A program made the position numbers and the translations under genes. Under the pieces are notes generated by a model, which saw nothing but the letters and a program-made list of their open reading frames with translations, had not been told where the DNA came from and did not search any database. From contig JAWOBU010000067.1 in NCBI GenBank assembly GCA_046484135.1, positions 1 to 62,803 of the forward strand: a stretch of 62,803 nucleotides of DNA, written 5' to 3'. Shown one piece after another: positions 1 through 7,182 of the stretch. This stretch comes from a bacterium (GTDB lineage Bacteria > RBG-13-61-14 > DATKZS01). The stretch's first letter is position 1. Each line of letters opens with the position of its first letter.

Positions 1-392
1 AGGGAGACCAGGAGTCCGGAAGGGACCAGCCAATGGCTGTTTATATACTCCTTGTCTCTGCTGTGACGCAGTATGGCCGCGGCTTCGGCGAGGACAAGTG
101 CACAAGCCAGGAGCTTGTTCTTTACGCTCTTTTGAAGATGGCCCCTGATGCCGGCGCCGTCTGCCAGATGCTCGATACTTTCCGGGGCGTAATGGAACCT
201 CTGGACGCGCACGTTCTCGATGAGCTCGGAATCTTTTGCACCGGGGTAATGGGGCGCGAGCACGGTAACATGGAAGAACTCTGCCATGGCGCGGGCGTGG
301 TGGAACACGAACGGCGCGGGGCCTGGGTCATCCTTCCAGCGGGGGAAGGTGGTGGTAACAATGAGCAGTCGCGGTTTTGGAGACTGGTCCAA
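1..392 (-). CDS. Glycosyltransferase family 4-like (GT-B fold), N-terminal part only; the gene runs off the left edge
   Basis: Not in the ORF track (no ATG, open to the window edge). My own minus-strand translation gives ..LDQSPKPRLLIVTTTFPRWKDDPGPAPFVFHHARAMAEFFHVTVLAPHYPGAKDSELIENVRVQRFHYAPESIEHLADGAGI...INSHWLVPSG. This is the typical GT4 N-terminal Rossmann pattern. Probable TTG start at 390-392, a few nt after the stop of the upstream GT2 gene. Confidence 0.6.
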   Translation of the reverse strand, partial: MDQSPKPRLLIVTTTFPRWKDDPGPAPFVFHHARAMAEFFHVTVLAPHYPGAKDSELIENVRVQRFHYAPESIEHLADGAGIRGHLQKSVKNKLLACALVLAEAAAILRHSRDKEYINSHWLVPSGLLVS

Positions 393-399
393 TGCGGTC

Positions 400-1371
400 C
401 TATTCCCTGTCCGTGCCGGCAGGCTTTTTCCCCATGACCTGTTCCATCCTCTTTACCCGGTAAAGCAAGTCGCCGAGGAGCTTCCGGTTGGACCCGATAA
501 GATCGGCCACCAGCGCCATGACAAGTATCTGAAAGCCGATGATGAGAAGGACGGCGGAAAGGATGAGAATCTGGACGTGGCCTTTTCCTCCCTCGGTGAT
601 GAAGTAGTAGACGAACCAGCAACCGATGCCGAGACCGCCCGCGAATATGGCGGCGCCCAGTGCGGAGAAGACCTTGAGCGGCTCATACATGGAGTAAATG
701 CGCACCAGGGTGGACGCGCTTTTGGCCATGTACTGGGGAAGGCTTTTAAAAAGTCGGGATGGTCGTTTTACCTGGTTGGTGTCCACCTTTACGCTTTTGA
801 CCTTGAGCCGGTCCTTGCCCGCCTGGATCAGGCTCTCCAATGTATAGGTAAAATCCGAGACCAGGTTCAAACGCAAAGCCGCCTCCCGGGAGTAGGCCCG
901 GAAGCCGGATGCGGCGTCCCACACCGGAGTGCCGGACAAGGCCCGTACCGTGGAGGTCCCGGCCACCTGGAGGACCTTCTTGAAGGCGGGGTAGTCAGGG
1001 TCTCCCTTGATTCCGCGGTCTCCCACCACCACGTCCGCTTCACCGTTTATAATAGGCTCCACCAGGCGGGGCACGTCTTCTCCGCGGTACTGGCCGTCCG
1101 CGTCCATGTTCATGATCACGTCCGCGCCCAGGCGCAAGGCCGCGTCCATGCCCGCTTCAAAAGCCTTGGCCAGTCCCCGGTTGCCTGCAAAACGCACCAG
1201 GTGGTCCGCGCCCGCCTCGCGGGCCTCGGACTCGCTCCGGTCGCTGCTGCCGTCGTCAACCACCAGGACCTCGACCCGCTCCGCGCCGGGTATGTGGCGC
1301 GGTACGGACTTTATCACCGCACCGATGCTCGCTTCCTCGTCAAGACAGGGTATCTGGACTACGATGTACAA
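400..1371 (-). CDS. Glycosyltransferase family 2, polyprenyl-phosphate sugar synthase type (GtrB/ArnC/DPM1-like)
   Basis: 323-aa ORF with GT-A motifs VVDDGSSD and NMDADGQY (DxD). Two C-terminal hydrophobic helices (VFSALGAAIFAGGLGIGCWFVYYFI, VQILILSAVLLIIGFQILVMALVADLI). TTG start with AAGGAG about 11 nt upstream. Confidence 0.8.
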   Translation of the reverse strand: MYIVVQIPCLDEEASIGAVIKSVPRHIPGAERVEVLVVDDGSSDRSESEAREAGADHLVRFAGNRGLAKAFEAGMDAALRLGADVIMNMDADGQYRGEDVPRLVEPIINGEADVVVGDRGIKGDPDYPAFKKVLQVAGTSTVRALSGTPVWDAASGFRAYSREAALRLNLVSDFTYTLESLIQAGKDRLKVKSVKVDTNQVKRPSRLFKSLPQYMAKSASTLVRIYSMYEPLKVFSALGAAIFAGGLGIGCWFVYYFITEGGKGHVQILILSAVLLIIGFQILVMALVADLIGSNRKLLGDLLYRVKRMEQVMGKKPAGTDRE

Positions 1372-1406
1372 ACCGGGAGGTTCTCCTTATCAAAATCATT
1401 CATATT

Positions 1407-3236
1407 GTGCAGTACGTAACTCTTATGAAAAAATTATGTCAGATTTGCCGAGAGCGGGCAAGAATACAGGTTTTGCACCGGGACGCAAATATTCTTAACA
1501 TTGAACCGATGGAAGAGAAGGCAAAAGCATTGTCCGGGACCGCCGCTTCCCGCCGGAGAGGACCGGCTCTCCCGGCCGTGGCTACCGCGGTGGTTGCAGC
1601 TTTGCTCTACCTTGCTTTCATCTCCCGCTCTTATAACTTCGACGGGGTCGTGTTCTCGCTGTGGCTCGGGCAGGCAGTTCATGCCGGTAATACAGGAAAC
1701 CTCTTTCATCCTCATCATATGCTCTACCTCCCTGCAGCGTACGCTTTTGCCAGGCTACTGGGCTTTATCGGCGCGGAAGCAGGAATGGCCGCCACCCTCC
1801 AGTTAATGGACGTCATCCTCGCCGCCGGCACTATCTTGCTCTTTCATCTTCTCTGCTTTAGACATACCAGGGGCAGGTTTGTTTCCACGCTCGCGTCCTT
1901 GCTCCTGGCGTTTTCGTGGAGCTTCTGGTACCTGTCCATCGAGCCCGAGGTTTACATACTTCATACCCTGGTGGTGCTCTTTTCAATCTCGGTCCTTTTT
2001 TTCTTTACATATTCCCGCTTGAGGGGAAAAGCGCCTGGAGGGTCATGGCTTCTCCAATCCATGGTGCTGGGTGTGTGCGGAGCGCTGTGTCTTTTGACGC
2101 ATATCACCGGCGGGCTTTTTCTTTTGCCGCTTGCGCTCGGCAGCTTTCTTTATCTGCGCGCCGCTCCGGGAGCCGGTATTTACCAGCATTTGCGGGCGGG
2201 AGTTGCACCGGCTCTGCTGACATTAACCTGTGCCTTGCTTATCATATCCGCTGTCTATTGGATCGGCTACGAGATAACCGCCCGGGCGCAAGAACAGGGT
2301 TTTGTGTCCTGGCTCATTGGCCTGGCCAGTCCCGATACCGGGCTGGGGTATAAAAAAAGCTACTGGGAATTCTCGCCCGCCATGTTCCAGATGTGGCTTT
2401 CCGGAATGGAGAAAAACATTGTTGCCGGAGGAAGACACTCCTTTGCGGTGGGGAAGTGGCTTTACCCGGTCCGGGCAGTGGTTCTTCTTCTATATATCTC
2501 GGGAATCATGATGTACGTTCTTCGGTTTCCCAGGCTTTTGGAAAGGGACAAACGCGTACACGTTCTTTTGCTCACTGCCGTCATTCCCCTCTCCCTGTTT
2601 ACCATGATCTGGGAGCCCGCCAACTTCGAACTCAAGACCGCGCTCCATCCCTTGATCTGGCTCGCAGTGGGTATGGGCGTCCAAAGCTTTGCGAGCAGCA
2701 TCAAAACCAATAAAAAGAGAATCTTGGTTTATGCGCTTTTACCGGTGCTGGCGGTCCTTCTCTTTTTTCATAACTTTTACTCTTCCATCCTTCCCAGCTC
2801 CAAGGAGGAGAACAACCTCGCTCTCCAGCGGGCCTACCACATCAGGGACCACACCGAACCCGGCGCCGTTATCTACATGGGAGGCGTAAGCGGAGGCTAC
2901 CGGATGGGAAAAATTTACGTGCTTTACTTCGCCGGCCGGGAGACCCGGGTGGCGGACTGGATCATGGGCAGGGGAAGGAGGCCTTTCCCGGAGAACTTGT
3001 TGAACTCTCTCTACCGGGAACGGCACCGGCCGGTTTACGTTCTGGAAGAGCTTCTGAAAGAAGGACCTGCCCTTTCCGAGTTGGGCAAGAACCACGACAT
3101 AGAACCTGCGCGCATCAAAAATCTCTTTCTCTCAATGAAGCCGCAACTCTCTTCCAGGAGAAGCAAAGATTTCGCCCTCTATCGGCTGCACCCGGAAAAG
3201 ATTCAAACCGGAGCGCAAAGTAATTCCCCGCCCTGA
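1407..3236 (+). CDS. Polytopic membrane protein, GT-C-fold (ArnT/PMT_2-like) glycosyltransferase candidate
   Basis: 609-aa ORF divergent from the GT2 gene, with many hydrophobic helices across its length and no recognisable soluble catalytic domain. Start uncertain (ATG at 1407, 1425 or 1509). The family call is by architecture only. Confidence 0.5.
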   Translation: MQYVTLMKKLCQICRERARIQVLHRDANILNIEPMEEKAKALSGTAASRRRGPALPAVATAVVAALLYLAFISRSYNFDGVVFSLWLGQAVHAGNTGNLFHPHHMLYLPAAYAFARLLGFIGAEAGMAATLQLMDVILAAGTILLFHLLCFRHTRGRFVSTLASLLLAFSWSFWYLSIEPEVYILHTLVVLFSISVLFFFTYSRLRGKAPGGSWLLQSMVLGVCGALCLLTHITGGLFLLPLALGSFLYLRAAPGAGIYQHLRAGVAPALLTLTCALLIISAVYWIGYEITARAQEQGFVSWLIGLASPDTGLGYKKSYWEFSPAMFQMWLSGMEKNIVAGGRHSFAVGKWLYPVRAVVLLLYISGIMMYVLRFPRLLERDKRVHVLLLTAVIPLSLFTMIWEPANFELKTALHPLIWLAVGMGVQSFASSIKTNKKRILVYALLPVLAVLLFFHNFYSSILPSSKEENNLALQRAYHIRDHTEPGAVIYMGGVSGGYRMGKIYVLYFAGRETRVADWIMGRGRRPFPENLLNSLYRERHRPVYVLEELLKEGPALSELGKNHDIEPARIKNLFLSMKPQLSSRRSKDFALYRLHPEKIQTGAQSNSPP

Positions 3237-3238
3237 CT

Positions 3239-5128
3239 TCACTCGATGCTTTGCCAGCCGGCCACCTCTGCCAGAAACTTGTAGGTGTAGACCGCGCAGG
3301 CATTGTAATCGCGAAGCTCGTCTTCGAGGTCGGGCTGGTTGTTCCTGGTGGCTGCGGTAATGTCGAGGTGGGTGTAACCCTTGATAAGATGCACCTGGCT
3401 TTCCGGCTGGTCGAGCACGCCTTTGGGGAAGTTCTCTTCGTCCAGCTCGGGCACTTTGTACTGTCCCATACTGTCATCTCCGTAAAAAGCGATGACCGGC
3501 AGAGAGATGTCCTGCACGTGTACAGCGGAGAAAAGCTCGGTTCCGTCTTCTTCTACCACCTTGTCTCCCAGCATGGAGGAGTCGGTGGAAAGCCGGGGCG
3601 GGAAGTACCACTCGGCAAAGTCGTTCGGTCCGGTGGACAGCCACGGTTCTTCCTGGTATTGTGCCGGACCGCTGTAGACGGACCGGGCGAACTCGTAGAA
3701 GTCGGTGACCTCGGGGCTCTCTTTGCAGTCCTCTTCGCAACGGCCGAGCAGGGTCTTTCCGGCGGCCGGATGTCGCGAGTCAATGTTTTTCCAATCATAG
3801 GTGTAATCCCGGTCCATGGGGATATGGCCCGGCAGCCAGGGAGTGATGATGGGACACTCGTTCGGGTCGAACGGCACAGTAAAGGTCTTGCGGCGGAGCT
3901 GCCCTCCCCAGCCCAACTCTCCGGTGGGATGGCCGATGGACGCCCGGGCGATAAAGAAGGGGCTGGTGTCGTCGTCAATGGCGTAGCCCAGCACGGCTTC
4001 GTTGGTGATACGGGGGAGCTTGACCACCGAGGGCCGGGCATAGAGCGGAAACAGCGACTTCTTACCGCGCGCGTTGTAAGCGGCCCACGCGGACAGGTCC
4101 AGAGAAAGCATGGTGGAAGGGGCGTACTTTATTCCCAGCATGTTCATGTCAAAGTAGACCTTGCCGTCTTCATAACGCTTTTTTACTTTGCGAAGATAAC
4201 GCTTCGCCTTCCCGGTATCGGGCTCGTCCCCGGGAAAAGAACCTCCCTCGAGAAGCACGAGCCCGTCCACGTCGTTCATCCCGAGCACTTCTTGATAGGG
4301 CCTCCGGTCGAAATCATAGGAAGCGTAGAGCACGGTCAGGGTCCCGCCCAGGGAATGGCCGCCGATGAAGACGTGAGAGCCTTCCTTCTTGATCACGCGG
4401 TAGCCGCCGCCCTCGGTTTCCATAATCATGCTTCCGATCTTTTTATGAGCATGGAGAACCACGGCGCGCCAGTCGCGGACGGTGGTGTCTGCGCCGTTTC
4501 CGGCCAGGAAGCGCACATCGTCGTGGGAGAGCGGTGTAAAGCTTCTGCCCATAAGCTCGATGCCCTCGCCTTCCGGGTCGAAACCCGGCCGGTAGTAATC
4601 GCTCATGCGGGTGATCCGCTTGCCGGCGGGGAGGTCTTCCTGCCGGTTTGCCCACCAGATGCCGGTGTGGTCTTCAAGGAGCTCGGAGCGGCGGTCCAAG
4701 AGCCAGACCTCGAGCCCCTTTACGCCGGCCTCGTCCGCGAGCCGCACAAGATGCCGGGCATAAATATCCATGCTCATGGCTCCTGCCCAGGTGCCGGGCA
4801 TAAGAATCAACACCGACTTCAAAGGAGCGCCGTCGTCTGCGATACGGTAAGAGGTGTAGATCGCGCGGTTCAGGTCCGGGTAGTCCCCGTTGTCGAGCCT
4901 GCCCTCGTCGTCCAGACCCAGGGCGTCCGCGAGCCGCGGTGAATGGAAGGGGGATTCTTCCGAGCGGATGTTGAAGGTCCCGTCTGGTGTCTTCACTCCG
5001 GCGGGCTCGGAGTATGGTGCAGAGGAGGGGATGATATGTTTTTCTGTCACCGGCTCCGGTGAAGCTGTTGCCACCGATGCGAAAATATGAAAAGTAAAAA
5101 CCACCAATGTCATGAATGTCGTTTTCAT
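3239..5128 (-). CDS. Secreted alpha/beta-hydrolase (lipase/esterase-like)
   Basis: 629-aa ORF with signal peptide MKTTFMTLVVFTFHIFASVATA and nucleophile elbow FIGGHSLGG (G-x-S-x-G). Confidence 0.6.
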   Translation of the reverse strand: MKTTFMTLVVFTFHIFASVATASPEPVTEKHIIPSSAPYSEPAGVKTPDGTFNIRSEESPFHSPRLADALGLDDEGRLDNGDYPDLNRAIYTSYRIADDGAPLKSVLILMPGTWAGAMSMDIYARHLVRLADEAGVKGLEVWLLDRRSELLEDHTGIWWANRQEDLPAGKRITRMSDYYRPGFDPEGEGIELMGRSFTPLSHDDVRFLAGNGADTTVRDWRAVVLHAHKKIGSMIMETEGGGYRVIKKEGSHVFIGGHSLGGTLTVLYASYDFDRRPYQEVLGMNDVDGLVLLEGGSFPGDEPDTGKAKRYLRKVKKRYEDGKVYFDMNMLGIKYAPSTMLSLDLSAWAAYNARGKKSLFPLYARPSVVKLPRITNEAVLGYAIDDDTSPFFIARASIGHPTGELGWGGQLRRKTFTVPFDPNECPIITPWLPGHIPMDRDYTYDWKNIDSRHPAAGKTLLGRCEEDCKESPEVTDFYEFARSVYSGPAQYQEEPWLSTGPNDFAEWYFPPRLSTDSSMLGDKVVEEDGTELFSAVHVQDISLPVIAFYGDDSMGQYKVPELDEENFPKGVLDQPESQVHLIKGYTHLDITAATRNNQPDLEDELRDYNACAVYTYKFLAEVAGWQSIE

Positions 5129-5203
5129 GCGGAGCTCCTTTTCAATAAAGGGCTTAAGTCAGGCATAGTGCGGCCGGTTCCGGTCTTTTGCTTGGAGCTT
5201 TTT

Positions 5204-6472
5204 TCAAGGCATGCGCAAAGACGCCTCCGCCCTGCCCCGGTCTTCATACCACACATCGAGCTCGCGCGCCAGGTTTTCAGCTTTGTCCGAGTCCTTTTCA
5301 AAGATATTGTTTTTCTCGTGCGGGTCTTCTGCCAGGTTGTACAGCTCCCAGCTCGAGCCGGTGAAGTTATAGATGACCTTGTAATCGCCTTTCCTCATTC
5401 CCACAAGCATGGGAGAGGACTTCCGCGCGGCCACCTTCCACAACCAGATGTCCGGCACCATGTAGGAGTAGGTCTCGAGGTAAAAAGGCACGGGTTCGGG
5501 AGACACCCCATTTTGAATCAAGGGCATCAGGTCCCTTCCCGTCATGTTGTTGCCGGGCGATATGCCGAGGCAGGAAAGTATGGTGGGAGCGAAGTCCAGA
5601 AACTGGACCGGCTCGTGGATGGTCTTGCCCGCTTCAATACCGGGGCCTTTCATTATCAGGGGCACGTTCACGACGCTCTGGTATAAAAGCCGGCCGTGTC
5701 CCACGGCTTTTCCGCCTCCGCCCAGGTGCTCGCCGTGGTCCGAGGTTATGATTATGAGGGCGTTGTCCAGGTATCCTTTCTCCTCCAGCGCTTTCAGGAT
5801 GAGGTGGGCATGGTGATCGCAGTATGCAAGCTCCGAGTCATAGGAGTCCTCGACCTTGCTGCGCTCTTTACCGCCGGCCGGCGGCTCCTGTTTGAAGCTG
5901 TACTCTTCATACTCCTTGTGCGGCTGATGCGGCTCCGGAAAGTGGGTCCAGAACAGGAACGGCTCTTTAAGCCCGGACTCGAAAAGCTCGACGGCCCTGT
6001 CGGTCATGGTCTCGGCGTCGAGCTCGAACCGGAAAACAAGGCCCTTGTCCAGCCAGTAGTCAAAGTCCCGGTTCAAGCCGGAACGGCTGTGATAGAGCGG
6101 CGCGCAGCCGGCCACTGCAACGGTGGTGTACCCGTGCTCCCGCAGGATGCCCGGCAGGGTCTCGATCCCCTCCTTCACGGGAAGGCCGTTCCGGATGGAG
6201 CCGGTTTTATATGGCAGCAGGGAGGAAAACATGACAGCCGCGGCAGGATTGGTCAAAGGAATGTGAGTGGTGGCGTCGGTGAACTTCACCCCTTCTTCCG
6301 CAAGGCGGTCCAGGTGGGGAGTGGTGTTTCGGGGATAACCGTAAGCGCCCATGTGGTCAGCGCGCATGGCGTCAACCCCGATGATGATCACGTTCGGCAT
6401 CTCCGCCGGCCGGGCGCCAGCCATTGCAGTCATGACAAGAAACAAAAATATAAAAAATGCCGTCCTTTTCAT
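5204..6472 (-). CDS. Sulfatase-fold / alkaline-phosphatase-superfamily protein, secreted; lacks the C/S-x-P-x-R formylglycine motif
   Basis: 422-aa ORF with a signal peptide (MKRTAFFIFLFLVMTAMAGA). N-terminal metal-site block NVIIIGVDAMRADHMG, and later ITSDHGEHLG. The position of the sulfatase signature reads PLTNPAAAVMFSSL. Confidence 0.7.
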   Translation of the reverse strand: MKRTAFFIFLFLVMTAMAGARPAEMPNVIIIGVDAMRADHMGAYGYPRNTTPHLDRLAEEGVKFTDATTHIPLTNPAAAVMFSSLLPYKTGSIRNGLPVKEGIETLPGILREHGYTTVAVAGCAPLYHSRSGLNRDFDYWLDKGLVFRFELDAETMTDRAVELFESGLKEPFLFWTHFPEPHQPHKEYEEYSFKQEPPAGGKERSKVEDSYDSELAYCDHHAHLILKALEEKGYLDNALIIITSDHGEHLGGGGKAVGHGRLLYQSVVNVPLIMKGPGIEAGKTIHEPVQFLDFAPTILSCLGISPGNNMTGRDLMPLIQNGVSPEPVPFYLETYSYMVPDIWLWKVAARKSSPMLVGMRKGDYKVIYNFTGSSWELYNLAEDPHEKNNIFEKDSDKAENLARELDVWYEDRGRAEASLRMP

Positions 6473-6620
6473 CTTCCTGTAACTCCTTGACTTTGCAAAA
6501 ACCTTCTTGAAAATTGAGCCTCGGTAATCCCCCTTTTACCAAATCCCCAAAATCGCGCAAACCTAAAATAGCAGAAACCTACTAAGCAGGCAAGTAAAAC
6601 CCGTCCCCCCACCAGCCGGC

Positions 6621-6649
6621 TTGACAACACTCGAATATTTAAGTAATCT
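6621..6649 (+). promoter_or_regulatory. Sigma70-like promoter candidate for tRNA-Leu
   Basis: TTGACA (6621-6626), 17-nt spacer, TAATCT (6644-6649); about 24 nt upstream of the tRNA 5' end. Confidence 0.4.
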
Positions 6650-6672
6650 ATCAACAACTTTCTTCTCACCGC

Positions 6673-6759
6673 GCCGGGGTGGCGGAACTGGTAGACGCGC
6701 GGGACTCAAAATCCCGTGGAGCTTGCTTCGTGTGGGTTCGATTCCCACCCCCGGCACCA
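6673..6759 (+). tRNA. tRNA-Leu (anticodon CAA), genomically encoded CCA
   Basis: Hand-folded cloverleaf. Acceptor GCCGGGG/CCCCGGC. Anticodon stem CGGGA/TCCCG with loop CTCAAAA. Long variable arm. T arm GTGGG-TTCGATT-CCCAC. Discriminator A followed by CCA. Confidence 0.9.
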
Positions 6760-7182
6760 GCTAAAACTCAATCTTTTCAGTAGCTTCTCTTCGGTGACTT
6801 ACAGATCAAATCCCTTTCCTTCTGTAAAACCCAATCGCACCTGTATGGATTTTTCAAACATCTGGACCGGGCAAAAGTTGGACGGGATTGGTTAAATTTT
6901 GATGCCCTCGTTTTTTACGAAGGCATCAAGGGAACGCGAGAATAAACGAGAAATTTTGGGCGAATTTCACAAAAAAAGGGGGGGGGAGGCGTCTACGAGA
7001 CGGAAGGCAGGCGGATGGAAATCCGGCGGGAAGACCGGCGTTTCATCCGCCCTCTTTCTTATCTCGCATACTACTTCGCCATCAGCGATTTTGATTACAG
7101 GCTTCATTTATATAAAATGGGTGATTTAACTGCAAGGCCGGTAGCAGGTCCCGGCAGGAACAAGCAAGAGAGGGAAACATAT

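Noticed and set aside
33-437. 134-aa plus-strand ORF (and 122-622 minus) at the left edge
   Set aside because: The minus-strand frame I translated by hand gives a clear GT4 N-terminal domain across this region. The listed ORFs are in alternative frames or strands and have no motifs.
3251-4942. 563-aa plus-strand ORF
   Set aside because: It lies entirely antisense to the 629-aa alpha/beta-hydrolase gene, which has a signal peptide and a GHSLGG motif. Its Arg/Gly/Val/Pro-rich composition is typical of open antisense frames in GC-rich DNA.
7015-7182. N-terminal 56-aa extension of carB in the track ORF
   Set aside because: The canonical CarB N-terminus (MPKIEDI..) starts at ATG 7183 with a purine-rich RBS. 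The extension has no homology-like features and covers a promoter-like site. The same kind of trimming was applied to rpsO, lolA, the aminopeptidase, UbiA, DUF362, pepP and the lipoprotein.
6673-7182. tRNA-Leu as the attachment site of a genomic island
   Set aside because: There is no integrase. I noticed no direct repeat of the tRNA 3' end downstream, and the next gene is housekeeping carB.
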